Shown: piece by piece, positions 19,094 through 31,224 of the stretch
Layout of the letters: every line of letters begins with the position of its first letter
Numbering within the stretch: position 1 is the stretch's first letter
Assembly (NCBI GenBank): GCA_963803165.1
Contig: CAWDLK010000008.1
Coordinates: forward strand, 8,790-72,789
DNA length: 64,000 bases
Reading direction: 5' to 3'
From: an uncultured Chloroflexia bacterium
Lineage (GTDB): Bacteria; Chloroflexota; Dormibacteria; Aeolococcales; Aeolococcaceae
Program-made: the position numbers and the translations under genes
The notes under the pieces: model-generated
Database searches by the model: none
What the model saw: only the letters and a program-made list of their open reading frames with translations
What the model was told of the DNA's origin: nothing

Positions 19094-20113
19094 ATGCAGT
19101 TGGGGATGGTCGGTCTCGGGCGCATGGGGGCCAACCTCGTCCGGCGCCTGATGCGTGACGGGCATGACTGCGTCGTCTACGACGTCGACGCGCAGGCGGT
19201 CGCGCGGCTGGCGTCCGAGGGCGCCACCGGCACCGGGTCGCCCGACGAGTTCGTGGCCGCGCTGACGGTGCCCCGGGCCGCGTGGGTGATGGTGCCCGCC
19301 GCTCTCACCGGTGACACCGTCGACGCGCTCGCCGTCCGGATGGCGGCCGGGGACGTCATCATCGACGGTGGCAACAGCTACTACCGCGACGACATCGAGC
19401 GGGCCGAGCGGCTCGCGCCGCGGGGCATCCACTACGTCGACGTCGGGACCAGCGGAGGCGTCTTTGGGCTGGAGCGCGGTTTCTGCCTGATGATCGGCGG
19501 TGAGACCCCGGTGGTGGCGCGGCTCGGCCCGATCTTCCGCAGCATAGCCCCGGGTGTCGCCGCCGCCGGGCGCACCCCCGGCCGCGAGGGGGAGCCCTCC
19601 CCGGCCGAGCAGGGCTACCTGCACTGCGGACCTCACGGGGCCGGACATTTTGTCAAGATGGTCCACAACGGGATCGAGTACGGGGTCATGGCCGCCTACG
19701 CGGAGGGTCTCAACATCCTCCACGGGGCCAATGCCGGCAACGCCGTCCAGTCGGCCAGCGCCGAGAGCACACCGCTCCGCGACCCGCAGTACTACCGCTA
19801 CGACCTGGCGCTGCCCGACGTCGCCGAGGTCTGGCGCCGGGGCAGCGTGATCGCGTCCTGGCTGCTCGACCTCACCGCCGGGGCCCTGCTGCGCTCACCG
19901 GATCTCGCCGATCTGGCCGGCCGGGTGTCGGACTCCGGGGAGGGGCGCTGGACGGTGCTCGCCGCCGTCGACGAGGGCGTCCCCGCCCACGTGCTGAGCG
20001 CCGCCCTCTACGACCGCTTCAGCTCGCGCGGCGAGGCCGACTTCGCCGATCGGCTGCTCTCGGCGATGCGCCGCGAGTTCGGCGGTCACGCGGAGCTTCC
20101 GACCGGAGGCTAG
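19094..20113 (+). CDS. gnd: 6-phosphogluconate dehydrogenase-like (decarboxylating, short Gnd/YqeC type)
   Basis: [19 protein letters not shown] Rossmann motif, [28 protein letters not shown]. Confidence 0.8.
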   Translation: MQLGMVGLGRMGANLVRRLMRDGHDCVVYDVDAQAVARLASEGATGTGSPDEFVAALTVPRAAWVMVPAALTGDTVDALAVRMAAGDVIIDGGNSYYRDDIERAERLAPRGIHYVDVGTSGGVFGLERGFCLMIGGETPVVARLGPIFRSIAPGVAAAGRTPGREGEPSPAEQGYLHCGPHGAGHFVKMVHNGIEYGVMAAYAEGLNILHGANAGNAVQSASAESTPLRDPQYYRYDLALPDVAEVWRRGSVIASWLLDLTAGALLRSPDLADLAGRVSDSGEGRWTVLAAVDEGVPAHVLSAALYDRFSSRGEADFADRLLSAMRREFGGHAELPTGG

Positions 20114-20129
20114 GCGGGGCCAGCCCTCT

Positions 20130-20159
20130 GGCCGGCTCGGCGCGCGGGCTGAGCCGGCC
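20130..20159. terminator. GC-rich hairpin between convergent gnd-like and htrA genes
   Basis: GGCCGGCTC (20130-20138) pairs with GAGCCGGCC (20151-20159). No clear U-tract. Confidence 0.3.
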
Positions 20160-20171
20160 GGGCGGAGGGGC

Positions 20172-21626
20172 TCAGCGGGGAGGACCGGAGGCGAGGGTGA
20201 TGGAGCTGGTGTGCTGCTGCCCGGAGCTGTCGACCCAGCCCAGCTGGACGGTGTCGCCGGGACGCAGGCTCCCCAGGGCGCTGCTCAGGTCGCCGCTCGA
20301 GGTGATCGTGTTCCCGTTGAGCGAGACGATCACGTCCCCGGACTGGAGGCCGGCGCTCGCGGCCGGCGTGTTGGGCTCGACGGTCTGGATGAGCGCCCCG
20401 GAGACGGAGGTGCTGTCGATGACGCCCACCCCGATGTAGGGGCCGCCGCCGACGACGATGTTGCCGCTGGAGTGGCCGGAGGCGATCTGCTGGGCGATCT
20501 GGTCGGCGGTGTTGATGGGGATCGCGAACCCCTGGGTGGAGACGAGCGGCCCGCCCACGCCGCCGCCGCCGCTCTGCGAGCCCGCGGTGTCCATGCCGAT
20601 CACCTTGCCGGCGGCGTTGACCAGCGGACCGCCGGAGTCACCCGAGACGATGGCGGCGTCCATCTGGATCATCCCGGTCAGGCTCTCCGTCGTGTCGCCG
20701 TCGCTGGCGGTGATCGACTGGTCGAGGCCGGTCACGGTGCCGGTCACCACCGCCGGTGTGCCGCCGCGCCCGAGGGCGTTGCCGATGGCCACCACGGTGT
20801 CCCCGACGTTGACCGTGTCGGAGTTGCCGAGCGGCGCCGGCTTGAGGTTGAGGCCGGAGGTGTTCTCGATCTGGACCAGGGAGACATCGTCGACGGCGTC
20901 GTAGCCGACGACCTTGGCGGCGAGCTGCGGGCCCTGGCCGTCGATCTGGACGGTCAGGCTCCCCGCGCCGTCGATGACGTGGTTGTTGGTGAGGATCTCA
21001 CCCGAGGAGCTGATGATGATCCCCGTCCCCTCGGCGAGCGAGTTGCTTCCGCCGGCCAGGGTGTTGATGATGTCGACCACCGAGGGGTCGAGCGCAGCGG
21101 CGATGGCGGTCTCGCTGACGCTGCCGCCGGTCGAGGAGCTGCCGTTCGCCGAGGGCTGCGTGGCACCCGAGTTCGAGGACGACGAGGTGGTGGTGGCGGG
21201 GCGCAGCGCCACGCCGACGAGCGCTCCGGTCACCCCGGAGGCGAGCGCGACCGCCAGCAGGGCGGAGACCACGACCACCCCCATGCGGCTGGTCCTGCGG
21301 GGCGGGGCCGGGGGGTAGTCGGTGGGCGACGTCGACGTCGGAGGGTAGGAGGCGTAGCCGGACCACGGGTCACCCGGCCAGCCGTAGCCGCTGCCGTAGG
21401 CGCTGGGCGGGGGTCCCCACTGCTGGGGTGGTCCCCAGCCGGGCGCGCCGCCGGGGCCGGGGCCCCACTGCTGGCCGCCCCATCCCCAGCCCGCCGCGGG
21501 GGCGGGCTGGTCGGGGGGCGCCGGGCTCTCCGGGGAGGGGTCGGGGGTGGAAGGCGAGGTCTCGGGGGCTCTCTGGTCGGGGTCAGGGGGTGGGGTCAGG
21601 TCGTCGTTCATCACGGTGAGGCCCAC
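20172..21626 (-). CDS. htrA: HtrA/DegP-family trypsin-like serine protease with PDZ domain
   Basis: Pro-rich N-terminus, TM segment, TNNHV, D...SLV, GDSGGPLV catalytic serine motif, C-terminal PDZ (GLQSGDVIVSLNG). Confidence 0.85.
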   Translation of the reverse strand: MGLTVMNDDLTPPPDPDQRAPETSPSTPDPSPESPAPPDQPAPAAGWGWGGQQWGPGPGGAPGWGPPQQWGPPPSAYGSGYGWPGDPWSGYASYPPTSTSPTDYPPAPPRRTSRMGVVVVSALLAVALASGVTGALVGVALRPATTTSSSSNSGATQPSANGSSSTGGSVSETAIAAALDPSVVDIINTLAGGSNSLAEGTGIIISSSGEILTNNHVIDGAGSLTVQIDGQGPQLAAKVVGYDAVDDVSLVQIENTSGLNLKPAPLGNSDTVNVGDTVVAIGNALGRGGTPAVVTGTVTGLDQSITASDGDTTESLTGMIQMDAAIVSGDSGGPLVNAAGKVIGMDTAGSQSGGGGVGGPLVSTQGFAIPINTADQIAQQIASGHSSGNIVVGGGPYIGVGVIDSTSVSGALIQTVEPNTPAASAGLQSGDVIVSLNGNTITSSGDLSSALGSLRPGDTVQLGWVDSSGQQHTSSITLASGPPR

Positions 21627-21715
21627 TCTACCCCCTGTGTCTTTCCAATCGATGACGCTCTCGCCCTGGTCGGAGGTGCCGTGCGGACTGCCTCAGAACG
21701 CGCCTCCGGGCCGCC

Positions 21716-22171
21716 TCACGCCAGCTCGAAGACGGCCTCCACCTCGAGGGCGGCGCCCATCGGCAGCTCGCTGACGCCGATGGCGCTGCGGGCGTGGCGT
21801 CCGGGCTCGCCGAAGATCTCCACCAGCAGGTCGGACGCGCCGTTCATCACGGCGGGCTGCCCGTCGAAGCCGGGGGCGCTGCGCACCAGCCCGAGCAGCT
21901 TGACCACCCCGGCGAGCCGGTCCACCCCGCCGGCCGCGGATGCGGCGGTTGCCACCAGGTCCAGGGCGACCTGCCGTGCCAGCTCGCGGGCGGTCTCCGG
22001 CCGGATGTCGGCGCCGACCCGTCCGGTGACCACCCGCCCCTCCCGCTTGGCCAGGTGGCCCGAGAGGTGGAGGAGGTCGCCGGAGCGCCGGGCCGGGACG
22101 TAGCTCCCCACCGGCGCGGTGGGGGGCGGGAGGGTGATGCCCAGCTCCGCCAGGCGCTGGCTGACGGTCAC
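21716..22171 (-). CDS. RidA/YjgF-family protein
   Basis: GTG start at 22171 overlaps the upstream stop (GTGA). Sequence ...LHLSGHLA...ARSAIGVSELPMGAALEVEAVFEL. Confidence 0.75.
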   Translation of the reverse strand: MTVSQRLAELGITLPPPTAPVGSYVPARRSGDLLHLSGHLAKREGRVVTGRVGADIRPETARELARQVALDLVATAASAAGGVDRLAGVVKLLGLVRSAPGFDGQPAVMNGASDLLVEIFGEPGRHARSAIGVSELPMGAALEVEAVFELA

Positions 22172-23064
22172 CGTCCGCGCCGCCTCAGGTAGCCGCAGTG
22201 CTCCGCGAAGCGCTGCGGGTCGAAGCCGAAGGCGGCCCGCACCGCGCCGGGCTGGGTGATGTTGTCGCGCCCCAGCAGATCGAGCTGGGCGGGGGTCACC
22301 AGCGGGTCGCGCATGACCGCGGCCATCACCGCCGCCACCGGCCGGATCGCGGGCACCGGCACGTGGACCTTGAGCCGGGGGAGGGAGACGACCTCGCGGC
22401 GGATGATGTCGATGATCTGCTCGTAGCTGAGGTGGTCGGGACCGCCGATCGCGACGATGCGGTCGCTCGGCCCGCGCTCGAGGGTCAGGCCGATGCAGCG
22501 GGCGACGTCCCCGGCGGCGATGGGCTGGAAGACGGTGCGGCCGCTGCCGGCGATGGGCAGGGGGGCGAAGGGAGGGGTGCGCCGGATCAGCGTGGCCAGC
22601 TTGACGAAGAAGCCGTCCCCGGGCCCGAACACCAGGCTCGACCGCAGGATGGTGTGGGGCACACCGCTCAGCCTGATCGCCTGCTCCCCGGCCCACTTGC
22701 TGGCCAGGTAGGCGTAGCGGGGGTCGGGGTCCGCCCCGAGGGCGCTGAGCTGGACGAGGTGGCGGACCCCCGCCGCTCTCACGGCCTGCGCGACGTGCGC
22801 GGTGCCCAGGTGATTGACCCTCTCGAAGCTCTGTCGCCGGCGCTCCACGATCACCGCGACCAGGTTGACCACCGCATCGCAGCCCGCGAACGCCTCGACC
22901 AGACCGGCGCCGCTGACCACGTCGCCGGCGGCGAGCCGGCCGGTGCCGGCGGCCGCGCGGCGGCGTCCCCGGGAGACCAGCACCAGGTCGTGCCCCTCCT
23001 CCGCGAGGTGGGCCGCGAGGCGCGAGCCGACGAAGCCGGTGCCGCCCGTGATCGCGATCCGCAT
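22168..23064 (-). CDS. NAD(P)-binding SDR-type oxidoreductase (NmrA/NDUFA9-like)
   Basis: MRIAITGGTGFVGSRL Rossmann motif, Y..SK motif (YLASKWAGE). Confidence 0.75.
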   Translation of the reverse strand: MRIAITGGTGFVGSRLAAHLAEEGHDLVLVSRGRRRAAAGTGRLAAGDVVSGAGLVEAFAGCDAVVNLVAVIVERRRQSFERVNHLGTAHVAQAVRAAGVRHLVQLSALGADPDPRYAYLASKWAGEQAIRLSGVPHTILRSSLVFGPGDGFFVKLATLIRRTPPFAPLPIAGSGRTVFQPIAAGDVARCIGLTLERGPSDRIVAIGGPDHLSYEQIIDIIRREVVSLPRLKVHVPVPAIRPVAAVMAAVMRDPLVTPAQLDLLGRDNITQPGAVRAAFGFDPQRFAEHCGYLRRRGR

Positions 23065-23176
23065 GGTGGCGACAGGTTATGCGACCGGTGGCGAGCTCCG
23101 CGATACCTGATAGAGTGTTCGCATGAATTGCATATCAGCTATCGCAACTTCCCCATCTCGGTGGCCTCGTCTGCGC

Positions 23177-23725
23177 ATGGGCGTTGCCGGTGGGGCGGCC
23201 CTTCTCTGCGCCGTCGCGCTGGCCGGATGCGGGGGCACGAGCAGCGGCCCGCCGGCCACCAGCGCAGCCGTGGGCAGCGCGACCCCGACCGTCGCGCCGA
23301 CCGCGACCCCGATCGGGTCCACCGCGGCCTCCTGTCCCACCGCCAGCGAGGTCGGCTCGGCCCTGGGCCTGTCACTCCCGGCGCCCACCACCATCGGGAC
23401 GAGCGCCGCGGGCGTGGCGTGCAACTACCTGAGCACGTCACCCGCGCTCGACGTGGAGGTCAGCATCGTCCACGGGATCCCCGCGGGCTACCTCTCCACC
23501 GCCGAGTCGACCCTGCAGTCCAGCGCGGCCACCAGCGGGTTCAGCTTCACCGCAGTGTCGGGGCTGGGGGACCAGGCGTACTCGTACGACTACACCCTCT
23601 CTCCCTCGGGGACGGCGCTGGGCATCATCGCGGTCAAGGGGACGACCTTCGTGGGCATCGCGTGCACCATGACCAGCACGACGCTGTCCAAAGTGGAGGC
23701 GTACGCCAAGCAGCTGCTGGGGTAG
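23177..23725 (+). CDS. Hypothetical lipoprotein
   Basis: MGVAGGAALLCAVALAGCGG lipobox (alternative upstream ATG at 23123). No recognisable domain. Confidence 0.5.
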   Translation: MGVAGGAALLCAVALAGCGGTSSGPPATSAAVGSATPTVAPTATPIGSTAASCPTASEVGSALGLSLPAPTTIGTSAAGVACNYLSTSPALDVEVSIVHGIPAGYLSTAESTLQSSAATSGFSFTAVSGLGDQAYSYDYTLSPSGTALGIIAVKGTTFVGIACTMTSTTLSKVEAYAKQLLG

Positions 23726-23891
23726 GCAGCCGGCCCCACCCCGGGGGTTTGAACCACCCGTACCACGGGGCGTTCCCCGATACCATGCGGGGACCGGGGT
23801 TCTCGTCCGCTGAGCGGCACGCGCCCTCGGGACGGGCGATCGGACGGCCCCTCCCGGCACCACGTTCACGATCGGATCAGGAGAACGTCAG

Positions 23892-24656
23892 ATGGATGCT
23901 CAGATCGTCGGCACCACCATGCCGGTCCTCGAGGTGGCCCTCAACCCGGGTGACGTGGTCTTCTCGGAGTCGGGCGAGCTCTCCTGGATGACCGCGTCCA
24001 TCCAGATGCGCACCTCCACCCAGGCGGGCGGCGGCGGGGGGCTCGGCGGCGTCTTCAAGCGGGCGATCGCCGGCGGCTCGATCTTCATGACCGAGTACAC
24101 CGCCGCGGGCAGCCCGGGCATGGTGGCCTTCGCCTCCAAGCTGCCCGGGACCATCTTCCCCGTCGAGGTGGCGCCCCAGCCGGGGATGACCTTCCTGGCC
24201 CACCGCCACGGCTTCCTCTGCGGCATGCAGGGCGTGAACCTGGGGATCGGATTCCAGCAGAGCCTGGGCGCCGGCATCTTCGGCGGCGACGGCTTCATCC
24301 TCCAGAAGATCGGCGGGCAGGGCCGCGCCTGGATCGAGCTCTCCGGCGAGATCATCACCTTCGACCTGGCCCAGGGCGAGGTCATGCGGGTCCATCCCGG
24401 TCACGTCGGGCTCTTCCAGGACACCGTGCAGTTCGGCATCACCACCGTCCCCGGCATCAAGAACAAGCTCTTCGGCGGTGACGGCTTCTTCCTCGCCCAG
24501 CTGACCGGTCCCGGCCGCGTCTGGCTGCAGTCGATGACCATGCCGATCCTCGCCCACTCGATCGGCGAGTACCTCCGCGGCCAGACCGCCGAGGCGGGCG
24601 TGGCCGGCGGTGCCGCCGGTGGGCTGATGGGCGGCCTGCTCGGCCGCGGGCTCTGA
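23892..24656 (+). CDS. AIM24/TIGR00266-family protein
   Basis: GGAGAA SD. MDAQIVGTTMPVLEVALNPGDVVFSESGELSWM...GDGFILQKI.G.G.AWIE..GEI....L..GE...V.PGH. Confidence 0.75.
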   Translation: MDAQIVGTTMPVLEVALNPGDVVFSESGELSWMTASIQMRTSTQAGGGGGLGGVFKRAIAGGSIFMTEYTAAGSPGMVAFASKLPGTIFPVEVAPQPGMTFLAHRHGFLCGMQGVNLGIGFQQSLGAGIFGGDGFILQKIGGQGRAWIELSGEIITFDLAQGEVMRVHPGHVGLFQDTVQFGITTVPGIKNKLFGGDGFFLAQLTGPGRVWLQSMTMPILAHSIGEYLRGQTAEAGVAGGAAGGLMGGLLGRGL

Positions 24657-24764
24657 TCCCCACCAGCAGCCGCGGGGGTGGGGTCACTCGATCCTGATCC
24701 GGTGCGGCGGGGGGCGCGCCCGCGGTGGGCGCGCTCCCCGGTCCGTGCCGGGCGCCGCCTCCCC

Positions 24765-26375
24765 CTAGGTGGTGGCGGCCGCCGCTCGCGCCGCCGGCGG
24801 CGAGCCCTCGGACTGGCGCCGGCGCTCCACGATGGCGTACTCGAAGGCGTCGGCGAGGGCGATCCAGGAGGCTTCGATGACGTTGGTGCTGCAGCCGACC
24901 GTGCTCCAGCGCCGCCGGTGGTCGCCGCTCTCGATGAGCACCCGCACCCCGGCGGCGGTGCCGTCCTGGCCGTCGAGGACGCGCACCTTGTAGTCGAAGA
25001 GCTGGGTGTCCCCGATCTCCGGGAAGGCGGGGGTCAGGGCCTTGCGCAGGGCGGCGTCGAGCGCGTTGACCGGGCCGTTGCCCTCCGCCGCGGTGTGCAC
25101 CGCGGTGCCGTCGATCTGCACCTTGACGGTGGCCTCGCAGACCATCGCCCGGCCCTCGCGCTGCTCGACCAGGGTGATGTAGTCGATGAGGGTGAACGGC
25201 GGCTGGTGTCCCCGGGCGCGGTGCACCAGCAGCTCGAAGGAGGCCTCCGCGCCCTCGAACGAGTAGCCGCGGTGCTCGAGCTGCTTGACCTGGTCGGCGA
25301 CCCGGCGCACCAGGGCCTGGTCGTCGCCGAGGTCGACGCCGAAGTCGGCCGCCTTGGTGAGCACGGTCGCCCGGCCCGAGAGCTCGCTGACCACGGTCTG
25401 GCGATGGTTGCCCACCACCTCGGGGTCGATGTGCTGGTAGGTGTAGATCGCCTTGGCCATGGCGTCCACGTGCTGGCCGCCCTTGTGGGTGAAGGCCGAG
25501 GTGCCGATGTAGGGGGTCGAGTGGGGCGGTGCCACGTTGGCGATCTCGGCGACGTCGCGCGCGATGACGGTGAGGTGGCGGAGCTGCTCGTCGCTCACCA
25601 CCGCCGTGTCCATCTTCAGCTGGAGGTCGGGGATGAGGGTGCAGAGGTTGGCGTTGCCGGTGCGCTCGCCATACCCGTTGACACAGCCCTGGACCTGGAC
25701 CGCACCGGCGCGCACCGCCGCCAGGCTGTTGGCCACCGCGCAGCCCGAGTCGTCGTGGCAGTGGATGCCGGCCACCGCCCCGAAGCGGGCCGTGACCTCG
25801 GCCACCACGGCCTGCACGTGGTCGGGCAGCATCCCGCCCCGGGTGTCGCAGAGCGCGACCGCCTCCGCGCCGGCGTCGAGCGCGGCCTCCAGGCAGCTCA
25901 GCGCGTAGTCGCGGTCGCTGAGGTGGCCGTCGAAGAAGTGCTCGGCGTCGAAGACGACCCGGCGGCCCTGCTCGGTGAGCCAGCGCACCGAGTCGCCGAT
26001 CATCAGCAGGTTCTCCTGGTTGGTGGTGCGGAGCACGTCGGCGACCTGCCGGTCCCAGGTCTTCCCCACGAGGGTCACCATCGGGGTCGCCGCGTCGAGG
26101 AGGGCGCGCAGCTGGGCGTCGTCCTCGGGCCGCACGCGAGCCCGGCGGGTGGCGCCGAACGCGGCCAGCACGGCGTTGTGGAGGCGATGGCCGCGCATCT
26201 CGGCGAAGAACTCGGTGTCGGTGGGGTTGGATCCCGGCCAGCCGCCCTCGATGACCGCGACGCCGAGCTGGTCGAGCTGCTCGGCGATGCGCAGCTTGTC
26301 GGACACCGAGAAGTTGATGCCCACGCCCTGCGCACCGTCGCGCAGGGTGGTGTCGTAGATCTGCAGGCCGCTCAT
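24765..26375 (-). CDS. cimA: (R)-citramalate synthase (LeuA-family)
   Basis: IYDTTLRDGAQG, HCHDD, 536 aa with a C-terminal LeuA-dimer-like regulatory domain. Last gene of the ilv-leu operon. Confidence 0.8.
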   Translation of the reverse strand: MSGLQIYDTTLRDGAQGVGINFSVSDKLRIAEQLDQLGVAVIEGGWPGSNPTDTEFFAEMRGHRLHNAVLAAFGATRRARVRPEDDAQLRALLDAATPMVTLVGKTWDRQVADVLRTTNQENLLMIGDSVRWLTEQGRRVVFDAEHFFDGHLSDRDYALSCLEAALDAGAEAVALCDTRGGMLPDHVQAVVAEVTARFGAVAGIHCHDDSGCAVANSLAAVRAGAVQVQGCVNGYGERTGNANLCTLIPDLQLKMDTAVVSDEQLRHLTVIARDVAEIANVAPPHSTPYIGTSAFTHKGGQHVDAMAKAIYTYQHIDPEVVGNHRQTVVSELSGRATVLTKAADFGVDLGDDQALVRRVADQVKQLEHRGYSFEGAEASFELLVHRARGHQPPFTLIDYITLVEQREGRAMVCEATVKVQIDGTAVHTAAEGNGPVNALDAALRKALTPAFPEIGDTQLFDYKVRVLDGQDGTAAGVRVLIESGDHRRRWSTVGCSTNVIEASWIALADAFEYAIVERRRQSEGSPPAARAAAATT

Positions 26376-27463
26376 CGGGGCGAGCCCGCCGCGGCCAGCC
26401 GCCGCTCCACGCTCTGGCGCACCGCCGACCCGATCTCCCGGGTGCCCGCCGACCCGCCGAGGTCGGGGGAGAGCACCCCCTCAGCGATGCACTGATCCAC
26501 CGACGCCTCCAGCGCCACGGCGAGGTCGTCGCGGTCCAGTGAGTGGCGGAGCAGCAGCGCGGTCGAGAGGATCGCGCCGTAGGGGTTGGCCAGACCACGC
26601 CCGGCGATGTCGGGTGCGCTGCCGTGGATCGGCTCGTAGAGGCCGGCGCCGCTCTCGCCCAGGGAGGCCGAGGGCAGCATCCCCAGCGACCCGGCGAGCA
26701 CCCCGGCCTCGTCGCTCAAGATGTCGCCGAAGAGGTTCTCGGTGACCACCACGTCGACGTCGGCGGGACGCTGCACCAGCCGCATCGCGAAGGAGTCCAC
26801 GAGCTGGTGCTCGAGGGCCACCCGCGGGTATTCCGGCGCCAGCCGGTTGACCGTGTCCCTCCAGAGCTGGCTGGTGATGAGCACGTTGGCCTTGTCGACC
26901 GAGGTGAGCCGCTGCCGCCGCCGATCGGCCAGGGCAAAGGCCACCCGGGCCACCCGCTCGATCTCGGCCGCCGTGTAGACGGTGCTGTCACGGGCGGTCT
27001 CCTGAGGACCGCTCCCGGAGCGCTCCCGCGGCTCGCCGAAGTAGGCGCCGCCGGTCAGCTCCCGGACGATCACCATGTCGGTGCCCCGTACCACCTCGGG
27101 ACGGATCGTGGTCCGGTCGGCGAGGCGGGGATGGACACGCACCGGGCGGAGGTTGGCGAAGACGCCCATGCCCCGGCGCAGCCCGAGCAGGCCGGCCTCG
27201 CAGCGCTGGGAGCCGCGGAGGTGATCCCACCGGGGCCCGCCCACGGCTCCGAGCAATACCGCGTCGGCGCCGCGGCAGGCCTCCAGGGTGGCCGCGGGCA
27301 GCGGGGTCCCGCTCTCGTCGATGGCGCAGCCGCCGATGGGCCGCTCCTCGACCGTCAGGTCGATGCCGGCCTCGGCGCAGACCGCCGACAGCACCTCCAG
27401 GGCGACCTCGATGACCTCGGGTCCGACCCCGTCACCGGGCAGTGAGACGACGTGCGCTCCCAT
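26372..27463 (-). CDS. leuB: 3-isopropylmalate dehydrogenase
   Basis: LPGDGVGPEV, NLFGDILSDEA, GSAPDIAG. Start ATG shares a base with the leuD stop (ATGA). Confidence 0.9.
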   Translation of the reverse strand: MGAHVVSLPGDGVGPEVIEVALEVLSAVCAEAGIDLTVEERPIGGCAIDESGTPLPAATLEACRGADAVLLGAVGGPRWDHLRGSQRCEAGLLGLRRGMGVFANLRPVRVHPRLADRTTIRPEVVRGTDMVIVRELTGGAYFGEPRERSGSGPQETARDSTVYTAAEIERVARVAFALADRRRQRLTSVDKANVLITSQLWRDTVNRLAPEYPRVALEHQLVDSFAMRLVQRPADVDVVVTENLFGDILSDEAGVLAGSLGMLPSASLGESGAGLYEPIHGSAPDIAGRGLANPYGAILSTALLLRHSLDRDDLAVALEASVDQCIAEGVLSPDLGGSAGTREIGSAVRQSVERRLAAAGSPR

Positions 27464-28085
27464 CAGCCGGCCTCCGTGCCGCGCGCGAGGTCCGGCATCC
27501 ACGCCGGCCGCAGCGCCTCGAAGGCGCTGATCGCCGGCTCGTGGATCAGGGTCAGCCCGATGTCGTCGAGGCCGTCGAGCAGGCAGCGGCGTTCGAACCC
27601 GTCCATCTCGAAGCGGAAGGTGAGGTCCCCGACCCTGACCGTTTGATCCTCGAGATCGACGATGCCCGCCACCCCCGGCTCCTCGGCGGCGAGGTCGAGG
27701 ATCTGGCGGACCTGGGCCTCGGGAAGGATCACGGGCAGCAGCCCCGTCTTGAGCGCGTTGTTGCGGAAGATGTCGGCGAAGGAGGGCGCGATCACCGCCC
27801 GGAAGCCCTGGTCGTTGAGGGCCCAGACGGCGTGCTCCCGGGACGAGCCGCAGGCGAAGTTGCGTCCCGCCACCAGCAGCGTGCCGCTGCGATACTCGGG
27901 CCGGCTGAGGACAAAGTCCGGACGCTCGGCGCCGGCCTCGTCGTAGCGCCAGTCATTGAAGAGGAACTCCCCGTAGCCGGCGCGCTCCACCCGCTTGAGG
28001 AACTGCTTGGGGATGATCTGGTCGGTGTCGACGTCGGAGCGGTCGAGGGGGACGACCACCCCGTGCTCGCAACGGAAGGGTCTCA

Positions 28086-28086
<1 letters not shown>
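27463..28086 (-). CDS. leuD: 3-isopropylmalate dehydratase small subunit
   Basis: MRPFRCEHGVVVPLDRSDVDTDQIIPKQFLK...GRNFACGSSREHA. ATGA overlaps at both ends. Confidence 0.9.
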
Positions 28087-29516
<1,430 letters not shown>

Positions 29517-29520
29517 CCCG

Positions 29521-31224
29521 TCATCGTGCGGCCTCGGTGGTGGCTCGCTCCGCGCCCATCCGCTCCGGGGTCAACCGGGGGCCGGCGCCCTGGGTGGCGA
29601 CCACCCGGTTGAGCGCCTGGACGTAGGCCTTGGCCGCGGCCACGATGATGTCGGTGTCGGCCCCGTGCCCGCTGCTCAGCCTGCCCTCGTGGCGGAGCCG
29701 CACGGTGACCTCGCCGACCGCGTCCATCCCGGCGGTGATCGCCTGGATGGCGAACTCGTCCAGCTCACCGTCGACGTGGGCCAGCGCGTCGATGGCCCGG
29801 TAGGTGGCGTCGATGGGGCCGTCACCCAGTGCCACCGTCTCACGGCTCTGGCCGTCGGGGAGCAGCATCCGCACCGTGGCCGTCGGCCTCAGGCTGGTGC
29901 CGCAGCTGACCTGGAGGTGCTCGAGACGGAAGGTCTCGGTGGTCCCCGGGCGCTCGTCGGCGACGATCGCCTCGAGGTCGCGGTCGGTCACCTCACGCTT
30001 GCGGTCGGCCAGCTCCTTGAAGCGGACGAAGGCGCGCTTCAGCTCCTCGTCGTCCAGCTCGTATCCGAGCTGGGCGAGCCGCTCGCGGAGCGCGTGACGG
30101 CCGCTCAGCTTGCCCAGCACCAGGCTGGAGCCGGCCCCCACCTCGCCCGGCTCCATGATCTCGAAGGTGCGCCGGTCCTTGAGCATCCCGTCCTGGTGGA
30201 TGCCCGACTGGTGGGCAAAGGCGTTGGCCCCCACCACCGCCTTGTTGGGCTGGACCAGCATCCCGGTGAGCTGAGAGACCATCCGCGAGCTGCGGTAGAG
30301 CTGGGAGTGGTCGAGCCCGGTGGCGACGCCGTAGACCTCGGGGTGGAGGCGGAGCGCCATGGCCACCTCCTCGAGGCTGGCGTTGCCGGCACGCTCGCCG
30401 ATGCCGTTGACGCAGGTCTCGATCTGACGGGCACCGGCGAGGACGCTGACCAGGGAGTTGGCGGTGGCCAGGCCGAGGTCGTTGTGGCAGTGAACCGAGA
30501 GGGTCACCCCCCGCATCGCCGGGACCCGCTGGTAGAGCCACGCGATGAGCTGGCGCCACTCGTCGGGGGTGGCGTAGCCGACGCTGTCGGGGAGGTTGAT
30601 GGTGGTCGCCCCGGCCTCGATGCAGCCGTTGACGATGTCGGCGAGGTAGTCGGGCTCGGTGCGGCTCGCGTCCATCGGCGAGTACTCGACGTCCTGCTGG
30701 AACGACTTGGCCAGCCGGACCATGCTCACCGAGCGCTCGTAGACCTCCTTCTGGGTCATCCGCAGCTGCCCCTCGCGGTGGATCGGCGAGGTGCCGATGA
30801 AGACGTGGATCCGGGCCCGCCTGGCCGGCGCCAGCGCCTCAGCGCAGGCGCGGACGTCGTTCTCGAAGCAGCGCGCGAGTCCGGCGATGACCGGGCCCTC
30901 GACCTGCTCGGCGATGGCCTTGACCGCGGCGAAGTCGCCGGGGGAGCTGTAGGGAAAGCCGGCCTCGACGATGTCCACCTGCAGCCGTGCCAGCTGGCGG
31001 GCGATGGCCAGCTTGTCCTCCGCGGTGAGGGTCACGCCGGGTGACTGCTCGCCGTCGCGCAGGGTGGTGTCGAGGATGACCAAGGGCTCCGGGTTCTCCG
31101 GCGCCTGGCGGTCGAGGAGGGGGTTGCCCAGGCTGACCGAATCACCGCCTCCGGCTCCTCGCGATACCCCCCCGCCGGGTACGTCGCCAGCACCCCCGCC
31201 AGTTCCGCTCGCGTGTGCGCTCAT
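29521..31224 (-). CDS. leuA: 2-isopropylmalate synthase
   Basis: [24 protein letters not shown]-terminal regulatory domain. The Gly-rich first ~48 aa are doubtful; an alternative TTG start lies at 31083. Confidence 0.85.
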   Translation of the reverse strand: MSAHASGTGGGAGDVPGGGVSRGAGGGDSVSLGNPLLDRQAPENPEPLVILDTTLRDGEQSPGVTLTAEDKLAIARQLARLQVDIVEAGFPYSSPGDFAAVKAIAEQVEGPVIAGLARCFENDVRACAEALAPARRARIHVFIGTSPIHREGQLRMTQKEVYERSVSMVRLAKSFQQDVEYSPMDASRTEPDYLADIVNGCIEAGATTINLPDSVGYATPDEWRQLIAWLYQRVPAMRGVTLSVHCHNDLGLATANSLVSVLAGARQIETCVNGIGERAGNASLEEVAMALRLHPEVYGVATGLDHSQLYRSSRMVSQLTGMLVQPNKAVVGANAFAHQSGIHQDGMLKDRRTFEIMEPGEVGAGSSLVLGKLSGRHALRERLAQLGYELDDEELKRAFVRFKELADRKREVTDRDLEAIVADERPGTTETFRLEHLQVSCGTSLRPTATVRMLLPDGQSRETVALGDGPIDATYRAIDALAHVDGELDEFAIQAITAGMDAVGEVTVRLRHEGRLSSGHGADTDIIVAAAKAYVQALNRVVATQGAGPRLTPERMGAERATTEAAR